This document shows, in pieces, positions 39,761 through 51,420 of a stretch of 64,000 bases of DNA. Source of the DNA: a virus. Taxonomy: Duplodnaviria; Caudoviricetes. The number at the start of each line of letters is the position of its first letter. Within the stretch, counting starts at the first letter, position 1. The notes under the pieces were generated by a model. It ran no database searches, was not told the origin of the DNA, and saw only the letters and a list, made by a program, of their open reading frames with translations. Location: the IMG/VR virus record IMGVR_UViG_3300021255_002539, positions 224,001 to 288,000 of that record. The stretch is one strand, 5' to 3'. The position numbers and the translations under genes were made by a program.

Positions 39761-42139
39761 TTAGTTTGATGAGATTACACCATCCTTTAGGTGTAGTCTA
39801 TAGCCAGATTCGATTCCCCATTTGGTGTCCATTGGAACCTGGGACATGTAGATGTTTGGCAGATACCAGTCGTGGTATACCCCAGCAAATGTGTTGTCGT
39901 TGAAGGCATTTGGATTGGATGTGGTTATTCTGTTTTCCTGCACATTCGTGTTGTAGAGCATATAGTCGCCAAAACTCCCATCTACGACTGTATCCAGGTT
40001 GTAGAGGTGTTCCAAACCAGTGCCCTAGAAGCAACCATTCTCAAACGAAACCGTCTATGGGGTGTTCGTCAAGCACACATTCGTCAAATTGCCACAATCG
40101 GCAAATGCATTTGTCTCCATCGTGATATTTGGCACTGACGACTTGTCGTTGTTGAAATACACCGCATATAGGTTGGAGCATGAAACAAATGCCATTTCCC
40201 CAATGTATTCCATGCTTGGACCAAATATGAGTTCTGGAATATTGGGGTTGTTTTCGAAAGCATATGATCCTATATGCTGACAATTACCCAGATAGTTCAC
40301 ATCAACATGTTGGCAACCATTGAACGCATAGTCTCCAATGTTCTGCGCACACATCAACTGGTCAGGCTTGTTGAATTCGATGTTTGTTCCAGCAAAGGCA
40401 TATGCACCAATTCCCGAACATGAATATAGCCCATCTACACTTGTCAAGGTTGATATGCCAGAGAAGCAATTGTCTGGAATCGAGAATTGGTATCCATCAG
40501 GCCCAGTTGAAGTCGCTATCGTGACATGTTCTAACATACTGCATCCCTGGAACATCGAAACCATAATGGACAGCCGGCTGGCCAATGTTGGTCCGACGTG
40601 AATGTAGGACACCGGGACATTATACATGTCCATTTGGTAGTCCACACCCACATTATCGACATAGAATAAGTTCAAGAATGGCAAGCTGTTGCATCCAACT
40701 ATGGTGTTCGTGGAAAACGACCTCTGAAACTCCAGGTTTACGATGTTGCTCAATCCACTGCAATCAGAGAATTGACCACTCTCCAGATACAACCTTCTGC
40801 TTCCAACCAGTGCCTCGACATCAGATACAGTGTAGACGGAACTATACGATGAAGGGCCAGGAAGTCCAATCCACCTTAGATTGGGATTGTCTGCAAATGC
40901 GTATGCCCCCATGTAGACGCAATTTCTGTCAACCCACAGACCCCTATCCGAATCTGGTCCCCCTTGTTCAGAGAAATTCCCACTCTCACCGAGGTGAGCA
41001 TACCGAAACGCCTCAGTGCCTATCTATGCAATGTTGGCCAGTTCCCCAGACTTTCCATACAAACCCCATCCAATCTTGGTCTCTCTGAATGCTGCACTTC
41101 CTATGATAGAGCAATCACGCAAACCAGTTGCCGACAGAGACACCTTTGGATCTGTCCCACCTGGGGAATAGTCGCCAGAAGTGTAGGAATACCCATCTAC
41201 ACTCGTCAAATTGTAACATCCATCGAACAACCCAGCGCAAATGCTGAAAGTCGTCGAGAAACTGTACATTATGTCAACCTGGTTGATGGTGGATTGCAGT
41301 CCATACAGAAAAAGGCATGTCTATGTTCCACTTTCATCGTATCCAGGTCCCCACAACTCCTCGTTCAATGTGACTTTGCTCAAACAACTTGATGGACCCA
41401 AGTCCCAGACTGTCGATCTAAAGTCGGCATACAGAAGTGTAGTGCAATTGTCCAACCTCAACTCCTGAATGGAACTGCAATAATCAACAGCATCTGGAGG
41501 AAACTGGGTCTGATACTCCAAGTTGAATATCCTCTACAAACTTTCACAATTTGTGAATTGTGAATGGTAATTGCCATATAATAATTGGTCAAATGTAACA
41601 CCATTTGGGCAAAGTGTTACCTCACTTATTCCTTGGCAATTATCGAACGCACTGATGCCCAGGAATCTGCAATCCCCCAAATCAACACTGGTCAAATTCC
41701 TGCAACTATGAAATGCTGCTGCCCCTATGGAAACCACATGGTTCAAGTTCACGACATTTGCCAGACTGGAGCAATTTCCGAAACATTCATCTGGTATGGT
41801 TATTCCACTGGCCAAGGAAATGTGTTGCAATGCTCCGCAAGAGTAAAAGGCCCGCTCGCCAATCATTGAGCAATTCCCAATGTCAACCGTTACATTATAA
41901 TCCCCCATTCCAATGTGTGTATAGGCAAATGCAGATGATCCAATTGCCACACAAGTGTCCAAGTTATCCACACTACTTAAATATGTCCACCCTGTGAATG
42001 CATAGTCGGGCAGGGTCACGCTTTGGGCGACAACAACCCTGTTTACATCCATGCAACTTACACTGGCATCAGACAATGCTTGGGAGATGTCGCCAAGTGA
42101 AGGCGTTGTTCCAAAACTAGTCAGGTTAAGTGTTACCAT
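39761..42139 (-). CDS. large BspA-type LRR protein (~790 aa; 5 in-frame TAG)
   Basis: Five track ORFs in one frame joined at TAG 41534, 41321, 41024, 40055, 40025; IGxxAFxxC units; GTAAATA at 42173-42179. Confidence 0.85.
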
Positions 42140-42206
42140 TCTACTGTACCTCTTGTTTTCAATTTCTAGAAGTATTTACAATTATTGGTTGAAGTGGCTT
42201 GAATGT

Positions 42207-42506
42207 TCATTCATCTTCTTGCAGGAGGTATAGTAGAAGTGTAATCAGATCGGAGTCAAGGATGTCATCCTCGTAGTCAGACGGTTCTCCAAGTTCTTGC
42301 ATCACCCTGGATTGTTCGTCAAGCTGGTCCAGGTCAACATCCGAGTCGTCTACCTATATGACCTCGTCGGGTGTGTACATCTGCGCCTCCAGTTGTTCGA
42401 TGCTGGGTTCGTAGATGGGGTAGATTTGACGATCTCCGAGGTAGACCGTCACTATGCGTCTTTCCCTAGCATATACTTGCGTGGTTTGTTCGTTCTCTTC
42501 AGCCAT
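42207..42506 (-). CDS. acidic hypothetical protein (99 aa; 1 in-frame TAG; not in ORF track)
   Basis: MAEENEQTTQVYARERRIVTVYLGDRQIYP...; start overlaps the upstream stop. Confidence 0.7.
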
Positions 42507-45345
42507 TGTCGTTACCCCCTTCTTGTGGTTCGGATTCGCTTGACTCAGATTCGTCTGCCTTGTATATCAAGTGCTCTATTGCATCGTCGGATATTGTGGT
42601 GTCGGATTCGTATCCAGGGAATTCGAATATCTCGCTGTTCAGGAATTCTGACGTACCATTTGCCTTAACCCCAGGCGTGTCTTCAAGCAGGAACGACCAT
42701 GGGTGGTATACTCCATTGACCTACATCAGTGAATGCGAGTTTTCGTACATCTAGGCGCGACATTTGTGGAAGTCCAAGAAGAAGTCTATGATGGCGTTGA
42801 AGGTGGATTTCAAATCATTTGGTACATATATATCATGTAAATTGTAATCATTAAGTATTGATCTACTATTTCTTGGTTCAATAAACGCCACGAAGTACCT
42901 GTCTATCTCTGGATTTAGCTTTATGAATCCCAATTTATTCTTCTTGATGAATCGTTGAATAGCAATAAAGCTCTTTATGTATTCTATCAGCAAGGACCTT
43001 TCATTGTTCGTCCTATCTATTATGAATTTATTGCGGGTAATGTTCTTCTGCCAGCTTCTAATATCCTTGAACCACGGATTCACCATGTAGTGGAAGAGGA
43101 CATAGCAGTACACAAATGGGTTTTTTTTGACAGCTTCGTTTCTATCGGAACCCGCTGCAATTATCTAGTTGAATTCATTTGCGTCGCTTGTGTATTCATA
43201 TGCATTCCAATTGACAAAATCATTAACACCAAATGATAACAACGAAGTTCCAATGAAATAGATGTGTTTATTGTAGAACTCCTTCAATACCTACAGGTTT
43301 GCATTTCGTATATTTTCGATGTCGGCGTTTATATTGTTGTTCCCATAGGTGTAATCGGTGTCAACTATACCAAAATCTCCATACTAAACAACATCTCCGA
43401 CGCAGTTCCCGTTCTTGTTCCTGTATGTTTGACTATTGGCGTTGTCTGCCCATTGCAACATGTAGTTGGCGTTGAAGTCTTCAGATACAGTGACCAGGGA
43501 GTAGTCATTGTTGTGTACTTCTTTCTCGAACAACCCACCCGCGTAGTTCGAGTTGCATATTATGATGTAGTATTCGTTGTCTCGTTTTATCCCAAGCAGT
43601 TGCTATATATGGTCGTATGTCAGGTAATTGTTTTTATTGATGCTATAATTAACTCCCATGTATATTAGGTTAGATGATGATAAAACGACTTTTGTTTTAC
43701 CTTCTTGATCTTTCAATGATGGAGCATTTATGAACACGACCTTGAGGGGGCATTTGCACTCCTTTATCTGCTGTATCTTCTAGTCTATCGTCCATTCGGT
43801 CCATTCACTTTCGTTTTTGTACAAATACCCTTGTTCGCCGTATTTGGCGTCCAAAGCCGCCTTTATCTTCTTGTGCCAGGGGTTGTCCTCGTTCTTGTAT
43901 ATGTTTGAGGTGTCCAAGTCTGTTGTGCAGTTCAGCTTGAAGTACGCGCACTTTAGGGTGTCTTCAACATTGACAAATATTGGGAACAAGTTGAGACCAT
44001 CATCAGTAATGGGAACATCTCCTTGACCATTCTTTGTCGACACTATTATGCGCTTGTATTCTTCCTCGCCTTGTTCTGTGTCTTTGACGAATGCGAACAT
44101 GTTTGTGAAAACCAAGTCGGGTCTTCCTGGTATTACATATTTGATTTTATTCCTGAGCTTCTTTACATTATTTCGTGTCGTGATGTAGTATTGTGGATAT
44201 TGTGGGAAAGTATTTTTGCGCCAGTTGTTGTAGGATGGAAAGTTGAAGAACAACTGCCTTGGATATTCAATTGTTGGATTTGGTACATTGGCGATGCTGT
44301 CACAAAATGGCTTTTGCGATACTTTCATTTCCAAATTTCCTTGTGAATTTGGTTCATATTCCAACCTGAATGTGCAATATGGAATTGAGCATCTGCCATC
44401 TGATATTGCAACCAGTTCATCATATATGATGTCTATGGTTTTGCCTTTTATAGAATAAGGAGTTGGTGGAGAGAAATTATCGTTTTTTGGGTCCCATGAT
44501 ATTTGACAGCAATCGCAAAGGCAGTCATTTTCTCTATATAGGTTTTCTTGACGATGGAAGGAATAAGCAAATGGAGCATCATCGTACTACCATGCGTTAT
44601 TCCCAAATGGTATTTTCATGGGTTCTAGTATTCTTCGATTCGCAATAGTAGTATTATTGAAGTTGGCCATTTCAATTGGACCATTCAAGTCAACACTTCC
44701 CATGTCAATCACGGTATTGGTTACATCTTTTACTACAAGACCACCTACGATGGATTTTCCCGTAAACACGGAAGCAAGATAAAGGCTCATCTCGCTTTCT
44801 GGGGTGGTTTCATCATTATTAGAGCAATAGTAGAAGTTTGCGTTTGAATTAAAGTAATTTGGTTCGCCTCTTATTGTAATTGTAACATTATATTTAGTGA
44901 AACTTCTTGATATCTTTTCTTGTTCTTCCCATCGCTTTTTTGTAGTTGCCATCGTGGAGCCACACTCGATTACATAAGGTGATATTATCTTGCAATAGTT
45001 CTTTTTATATGTTCTTTTTATGTTTTGGTAATTGTTTGGAAATAATAGGTGATTAAATAAACCAAGGTTAATAGTGCTGTTGTCGGTATATGCGGTGGTA
45101 GTAGCTACACCATGTCTATCGTACTTAGTGTAAATTGTTGTTGTCTCCACATTTGCTTTGTCTTCATATATCATGCTTCCATTGTTTGGAATCAACAATA
45201 TATTGTCACCTGAGTAGTTAGGTGTGTCGTCTGTGTAGGTTTCTGTATAATAGTCACTTGCCCTGCATACATTTGCAAACAATCCATCAGGATAGATTAT
45301 CGTATAAGTTCCAGCCTGCCCATAAGATATAGTTTCACTTCCCAT
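42499..45345 (-). CDS. AT-rich hypothetical protein (~950 aa; 8 in-frame TAG)
   Basis: Translated by hand across the gaps between track ORFs: only TAG at 44587, 43780, 43603, 43384, 43291, 43165, 42751, 42721 until TGA 42499. Confidence 0.8.
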
Positions 45346-45359
45346 CTTTCAATCACCTC

Positions 45360-46475
45360 TCATTGGTTTTCCTGGATTATGAAGTAGAATGTGTGTTCGT
45401 CCTTGTTCTCCAGTTCGTTGTATTGCGCCTATGTCAGGAACTGCATGTTGTAGCTGGCCAGATTGCCGAGGTTCTGCACCTTGCGCTCCACCGCCCTCAC
45501 CCGGCTGTCGAGAGCCGAGTCTGCGTCCTCCCTTTGTTCCTGCTCATCCTCAATCATCTCCATCAGTTCAGAGTTTGCCTACGACGAGTGGCCACTTTCT
45601 CCACCACCTCCACCACTTGATGTCGAACCACCCGAACTCTCCAATGTGGAGACTCGGTTCTTCAAGCTGGACACATCCGTCTCAAGTGTCGACACCCTGG
45701 CTCCAATGGAGTTGACTTGACCTTGGATGTCGGTTTGGTTGCTTTGGAGGGTTTCGCAACTGGCGTACAGTGTGTTGAGTCCATCTACCTGGTTGTTCAG
45801 ACCAGCTATGCTTCCCCTGATGGCGTTCAAGTTGCTGTTGAATGTAGATGTCGTGACATATACGCCAGGATCCAGTTCTGTTCCTCCACCTTCTGTTCCA
45901 TTGCGTTCCAGTTCTGCCACTCTGCTTTCGAGGGATGTGACTGACCTGTTCATCGTTCTGACATCCACGCCAATGTTGTTAACGGTCCTTTGGATGGAGT
46001 TTACGCTGGAGGTCAAGGTGGATATGCGCCCATTCAATGTGGATACATCAGACTCCAATGTGGTTATCTATGCGTCAATTTCTGTGACATCCCCCTCCAT
46101 CAGCCCTGTAATGTCCTTCATGTCGGTGACATTGGCAGTGACCTTCTATAGCCTCTCGTACAAGGCGTCTGTCTCGTGGTTGTCCTCGTATTCCTGCATC
46201 TCCCTGGTTCTCAATGATCCATCCTTCACGAACACTCTGTACTTCGTGTCTGGGGAGTTCTCGTCGGTTAGGACGATGTGGTCCCAAGGCCCGTTGTACT
46301 TGCCCGCTACCTTCAGAACATATTCCTTGATCTTGGCGTATAGTTGCTTTGCCCTGATGTCGATGTAGGAATTGATGTAGGCTATGCAGCCCTGAAAGAT
46401 GTGTCCATGTCCGTGTGGGCATGCGCCTGGGTCGGTCTGCCCCGTAGTCAATGTGTTTTCGTCTGATTGCGCCAT
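45360..46475 (-). CDS. coiled-coil fibre/whisker-like structural protein (4 in-frame TAG)
   Basis: Heptad repeats (VSTLETDVSSLKNRVSTLES); C-terminal LT*AQYNELENKDEHTFYFI matches the TQAQYxxL..KD.NT.Y motif; GTAAATA at 46511-46517. Confidence 0.75.
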
Positions 46476-46530
46476 TTCGATTTCACCTCGTCAATTGGGT
46501 ATGTCTATGCTATTTACCAATATAGAGGCG

Positions 46531-46560
46531 AAAAAGAAGCCATCCCAGGGCAGGATGGCA
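46531..46560 (-). terminator. intrinsic terminator
   Basis: GCCATCC/GGATGGC stem with a T-rich tail on the minus strand. Confidence 0.7.
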
Positions 46561-46591
46561 TCTATTGAGGTGGAAGAGAATTATTGTGGTA

Positions 46592-47248
46592 TTATGTCAG
46601 GTCTCCAACAAATGTGACATTTACTGTGCTTCCGAACTTCGTTTGATATGCTGTCAAGTATTCAGATTTGACATGGCAACGAGTAGGGTCATTTTCATTG
46701 AAGTCGTCCTTGCCACTATCATCCCAGGTCAAGTTAGTGGGATTTGGATAGCAATAGACATCATTGACATCTGTGCACCCGTAGAACGCATCATACCCGA
46801 TGCTCGTCACGCCATCACCTATGGTGATGCTCGTAAGTCCGCTGCAACCCGAGAACGCAGAATCCCCGATGCTCGTCACGCTGTCCGGTATCGTGATGTT
46901 CGTAATACCATAGCAGGCGTTGAACGCAGCCTACCCAATGTTCGTCACGTTGTTACCAATCGTCACGCTCATAAGATCCCTACATAAGTGGAACGCATAC
47001 TGCCCGATACTCGTTACTGCGCTTCCAATTTCGACTTCTGCTGGATATTTTATCCACGATGGTTCTTGTTCTGTCCCACTTCCTTCTGGCATCAACCCAG
47101 CTGCTATTAATGCTGGGCAATCCATAGAATCTTCTATCAAGTAATCTCCTTCTGTTCCATCGACAAACTTGATGTGCGTCTCAGCCTTTACAATTGGTCC
47201 AGTAGTTATCGTTATGCTGTTCGCTACCAATTTGCTTATCGTAATCAT
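46592..47248 (-). CDS. BspA-type LRR protein (TAG 46931)
   Basis: VTNIG*AAF aligns with neighbouring VTSIGQYAF / VTSIGDSAF repeats. Confidence 0.85.
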
Positions 47249-47255
47249 GTTGTTT

Positions 47256-47528
47256 TCACCTCGTTTGTTTTGTTGTATTATAGTTTTCCAATGCCCGGGC
47301 AATTTGGTCTGGGCAAGAAGTATCCCGATTTCCGCATTTGATTCCCTTCAGTACCTCAATTGCCTCGACCACCCGCATTCCCCGCATCAGACGAATCAAT
47401 ACCGTCAAGTAGCCATGACATCCACCCAATATGGCGATATTGACCAGAGTGTCGTCGCTCTCGTCAACATATACCTTCATCATGGATGGACATATGCCAC
47501 CCTACGGGATGTACTCAAATGCTGTCAC
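47256..47528 (-). CDS. TSCPD-domain protein (TIGR03905-like; TAG 47502)
   Basis: YIP*GGIC...GGCHG...GIKCGNRDTSCPDQIA; the first Cys motif is reached only through the TAG. Confidence 0.85.
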
Positions 47529-47724
47529 ATATCTATTTACAAAAAACTTGCGACAACATCACCGAGGTGGCTGCCAAGCAGCAGGTGAAGTTCAAGGCCG
47601 ACAAAGCCAACATCGCCCAATCGATGGCATCTCTTGCAGCATCCATCAAGTACAACTTCAATATCTTCCAGGCCCACAAGTTGACGAGAACCATCAGGAA
47701 CAGTGTAATGGCAGTAGACATCAC
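47515..47724 (-). CDS. small two-TM membrane protein
   Basis: GAGGGAGG SD, two hydrophobic segments; TAG 47533 then TGA 47515. Confidence 0.5.
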
Positions 47725-47745
47725 AATCCTCCCTCTTCCTACTGG

Positions 47746-48759
47746 TCAATCACCCATTTGCTGACCGTACTTCTTGACGAGATCCCAAATCTCGTTCCAG
47801 ACCTTCTGACCCTCGTCATACATCTTCTTGTAGTCCAGCATGTTGTATGTGCCCTCGATGAGATAGAAGTGCATGTCGTCGGTCATGGTTTTCTTGGTTG
47901 GTTCCTGGTCGTCAATCTCCTGGTTGAGGTAGAATGTATAGAGGTCAACCAAATGCGCAATGTGATCGTAGGTTTGCTTCTGGTGTTCAACTGCAAGTTT
48001 CTCGATTTCCTCAGCTTCGCTCCTGTCAGCATTCATCATAATCTGGTTCATGCGCTTTTCTATTTCCTCGTCAGAATCCATGGGGTACTTGTCGTGCAAG
48101 ACATCGTACATGAACACAGTGTTGATGCCACAACCCTCTTCGTTGAGCTTCTTGAGGTTGTACTTCAAGTCCCGAAGCATGTGCAGCTCCAAGGACCAGT
48201 ATTCATCCAAGGAATGACCGGTCTTTTTCCAATTCTTGCAGTTCCTTCTGTTCCACCGCCAATCCTTAAACTTGTTCTTTGGCTTCTCCCAGCAATACCA
48301 AGTCAGGCCATCCCAGAACTTGAGCCAAGTCCAAAGCAACCCCCGAATGACCTTGCAGGACGACAACCTCCTGATCCTGGCAATCTTCTTGACATATTTC
48401 TCTCGGTTGGTCAAGTCCTGGTCCTTGCGCATCTTCACCCGAACCTTCGCAATCCAGTCGATGAACACGTTGTCGACATCAGACGCCCCCCATGAGCATA
48501 TCCCATCGCAATGCCAAAGCCCAAAGTCAGAAAAGTCCCTCGACCGCCTTGGACGCCAATAGTATGTCCAACCATCGGACTGATGTTCTTCCCTATACCG
48601 CTTCGTGTATTCAATTGCCTCTGCGTAGGAATGGACCTTGAATGTGTCCACTACCTTGGCGTTTGGTTCGCCAAAGAAGTTGTATTCCCTTGTATCGGCA
48701 TCCAATATGCAGAACAACTCGCAAGTGGTTCTCGTGTCTCTCCAATTGCTTCCCTTCAT
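47746..48759 (-). CDS. hypothetical protein
   Basis: 337-aa ORF; promoter TTTACG-N17-TATAAT at 48783-48811. Confidence 0.75.
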   Translation of the reverse strand: MKGSNWRDTRTTCELFCILDADTREYNFFGEPNAKVVDTFKVHSYAEAIEYTKRYREEHQSDGWTYYWRPRRSRDFSDFGLWHCDGICSWGASDVDNVFIDWIAKVRVKMRKDQDLTNREKYVKKIARIRRLSSCKVIRGLLWTWLKFWDGLTWYCWEKPKNKFKDWRWNRRNCKNWKKTGHSLDEYWSLELHMLRDLKYNLKKLNEEGCGINTVFMYDVLHDKYPMDSDEEIEKRMNQIMMNADRSEAEEIEKLAVEHQKQTYDHIAHLVDLYTFYLNQEIDDQEPTKKTMTDDMHFYLIEGTYNMLDYKKMYDEGQKVWNEIWDLVKKYGQQMGD

Positions 48760-48853
48760 GATTCGTATTTCTCCCTTGAGGAATTATACATCAGACCAGA
48801 GGAACCGTAAAGCCTCTACATCAAGTTGACCATGCCATTGGGGAGAAGAACCT

Positions 48854-49375
48854 TCACGACAACTTCAATCTGTACTTTCCATTGCCAAGTTTTTTCACTG
48901 ACAGTCCCTTGATTTGCTTCAAAACCTCAAGTGTCTCGTCGTGTTCGTCAGTCGCCTCAGAGACAAAGCCCTTCAAGTCAATTGTCTCGACTTCCTCGAA
49001 TGGTCCGTATTTCCTGTCGAAGTCGTCGTCAAGTTCATAATTTCTCTTGCCAATGCTTGACTTGGATATGTTCCGAAGTCTGGTTGAGTTGAGGTTGTCA
49101 GTTTTCAATACCTTAACTGACTTGCACCCGCGCTTCTTCAACTGAGATAGCACGGCATCCTTGTCCCGTTTGGAAATCTTCAATATGGATGTTTTGCACA
49201 GAACTGGATTATACCCCAATTCCAGAAACATCGCGTTGTCGAACTTGCTCTTGATGTTGTCGTCGTCTTCAGATGTTTTCATGTCAGATTCGTCCTTTAC
49301 AGTTACATTGAACCCATATTTCTTGAATTTCCTTGCTTGCTCCTCAAACCACCCCTTGGATTTCTTTTCAGTCAT
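48854..49375 (-). CDS. hypothetical protein
   Basis: 173-aa ORF in operon. Confidence 0.7.
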   Translation of the reverse strand: MTEKKSKGWFEEQARKFKKYGFNVTVKDESDMKTSEDDDNIKSKFDNAMFLELGYNPVLCKTSILKISKRDKDAVLSQLKKRGCKSVKVLKTDNLNSTRLRNISKSSIGKRNYELDDDFDRKYGPFEEVETIDLKGFVSEATDEHDETLEVLKQIKGLSVKKLGNGKYRLKLS

Positions 49376-49790
49376 TGGCTATGCTCTACACATCAAAGTC
49401 TCCCATGTCCCAGAGGTATTCCTTGTCGTCGTCGTTTCTTCGGTACAGGGTTATCTTCCCCAGGCGAAGGAATGGAAACGCCTTTGCTGGATATCGCTTC
49501 CCAATTTCCTTGGAGAGGGCATCCTTGATTTCCTCAAAGGATTTCCAATTGCCAAATTCTGGGTATTCAGTGCACCATTCGAGTTGGTCGTCGATGTCAG
49601 GGATGTTGCGAACCCACACGGATTCGGTGACGTCAGAATATCCACTGGCAAGGTAGACGATTTGCTTTGCCTCAAGTGTCCTGTGGATTTGCTCTTCTGT
49701 TGGCTGGTTTGGTTTTGACATGGCAATTTCCTTGTCCCCCTTGAAGTTGGGGATTGCCAATAGCGAATCAACGAATTTCCTGTTTGTCAT
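49368..49790 (-). CDS. hypothetical protein
   Basis: Reading TAG 49386 through gives TGA 49368, overlapping the next start. Confidence 0.65.
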
Positions 49791-49809
49791 GTCGGTTTCC
49801 TTTTGGTTG

Positions 49810-50325
49810 TCAATCTTCCAAGGCAAATGTGGTTTTGATGTACTCCAATGTGGTCATGCCAGAATCCAATGGTTGGCAGATGATGTCGATTAGGGAGTCG
49901 ATGGAGGAAGCGAACGATTCAGCCACAGCCATCCTCCTGTCCCTGTCCATCAAACCCTCAACATCGAACTTGCTTCTGATTACGCCCATTATCTCCTTTG
50001 GGTCGTCGTATTCGTAGTATTCGACCAGCCACTTCTGAAGGGTTTTCTTCTTGTTGACCTTGCCCTTGATGGTCATTCGCCGCAGGGCATCGACATAGTT
50101 CACCACCTCTGCAGACCAATGCTTGAATGTTGGATTTCCCTTGTCGAACAAGTGGCAGTACTCGCACAAGCACCAATGGGAAGCCAAGGTCATGCTCAGA
50201 CCATCCATTCTGTCGATGAACACCTTCAGGGGAGTGGACATCTCAAGCAGAAATTCTGGATGTCGTCCAAGAACCCGCTTGATGGTGGATTCTGAAGATT
50301 CGTTTGCTATGTCAATCCACTTCAT
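49810..50325 (-). CDS. hypothetical protein (weak DUF29-like appearance)
   Basis: LASHWCL...KHWSAEV pattern; LLEMS motif; TTGACA-N18-TATAAT at 50361-50390. Confidence 0.6.
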   Translation of the reverse strand: MKWIDIANESSESTIKRVLGRHPEFLLEMSTPLKVFIDRMDGLSMTLASHWCLCEYCHLFDKGNPTFKHWSAEVVNYVDALRRMTIKGKVNKKKTLQKWLVEYYEYDDPKEIMGVIRSKFDVEGLMDRDRRMAVAESFASSIDSLIDIICQPLDSGMTTLEYIKTTFALED

Positions 50326-50398
50326 GATCTCTTTTTCTTGATATATCCCATATCGCCTATATTATAGCACATTCAGAGGGTTTCTGTCAAGGGGGTTA

Positions 50399-51277
50399 TC
50401 AAATGATTCCAGTCTTGAACACCCCTATTGCAGAAGGTGGGGTGTTGTCTGATGTGAACAATCCATCTGGGTAGTTTGGATCTACCTTGAACCTGTTCTT
50501 GGATGGAATCTTGGATATGTCCACCTTGAGAATTGAATATGTTGCATCGGAATTGGCTTTGCCCTTTGTCTTCCTCAAGTTCGGCAACAATTGATGTTCA
50601 AGCATTTTGGGGTCAAGCCCAAGGTAGATTCTGTCAGGATATCTGAACATGACATTGGATGATTTTGGATTCAGCCCATTCTTCAGTATTTTATCCACCT
50701 TGGCATCAGTTGTGACATGGTAGAGGAACTTGATGCCCGAGAATCTATTCAACTCGAAGTCCTTGTCGCTGAACTTCGGCTCCAAAATGAACTTGAATAT
50801 ATGTCCACTGTTTGCCGTGGCGAGTATGTCTTTTTTGGAAATGAACAGTCCACAGAATTTACACACCAAGTCTATGGAATCTATAAACTCCTCTTGCCTT
50901 GTTTTTGCATCGTCGCACACATCATATATGAACATTCCTATCCTATACACACCAAGTTCGATTTTCGAGTAGATTCCACCGCAGTATTTATCAGAGAGAT
51001 CGTTGTCGGGGTAGTTTATGAAAATATACGATTTGTTGCTTGCTACCACATTTGAACTTCTCGATCCGGGTCTTGTCAAATTTATGATGTCTATTCCAAA
51101 CGCAGACTTGAATGTGCTTTGCAGACGCGCTATGCAAAACTCTGGGTTGTGGGTTTTTATCAAGCCCTCGTTGAAATACACCTTGTCGGTCCACGAAAAC
51201 GAGTCCAACCAGAAAGATGGGTGGAATCTCGCCTCCATGAAGGTCTTCCTTCTTGTCGTATAATTCTCATTAGTCAT
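50399..51277 (-). CDS. protein with C-terminal Tpt1/KptA-like ADP-ribosyltransferase domain
   Basis: LYHVT...ILKNGLNPK...RIYL...ILKVD...DPN...FTSDNTPP. Confidence 0.7.
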   Translation of the reverse strand: MTNENYTTRRKTFMEARFHPSFWLDSFSWTDKVYFNEGLIKTHNPEFCIARLQSTFKSAFGIDIINLTRPGSRSSNVVASNKSYIFINYPDNDLSDKYCGGIYSKIELGVYRIGMFIYDVCDDAKTRQEEFIDSIDLVCKFCGLFISKKDILATANSGHIFKFILEPKFSDKDFELNRFSGIKFLYHVTTDAKVDKILKNGLNPKSSNVMFRYPDRIYLGLDPKMLEHQLLPNLRKTKGKANSDATYSILKVDISKIPSKNRFKVDPNYPDGLFTSDNTPPSAIGVFKTGII

Positions 51278-51365
51278 AATCAATAGTCCTCATATTGGTT
51301 TTGATCAGATGCTCCATGAAACTCCTATTTCGTGGAGCATTGTTCTCACTATTCACCAATTATAC

Positions 51366-51398
51366 AAAAAGAGGTGGGTTGTTCCACCTCTTTTCTTC
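51366..51398. terminator. bidirectional intrinsic terminator
   Basis: AAAAAGAGGTGG-GTTGTT-CCACCTCTTTT. Confidence 0.85.
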
Positions 51399-51420
51399 CT
51401 CTCGCAATTGAAGCAAACCG

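Noticed and set aside
1-47528. Many interrupted ORFs read as pseudogenes or sequencing errors
   Set aside because: Every interruption is TAG, with no frameshifts or TAA/TGA, and motifs stay intact on both sides
47515-47724. Two-TM protein as a holin
   Set aside because: Size fits, but there is no adjacent endolysin and it lies upstream of the late promoter; insufficient support
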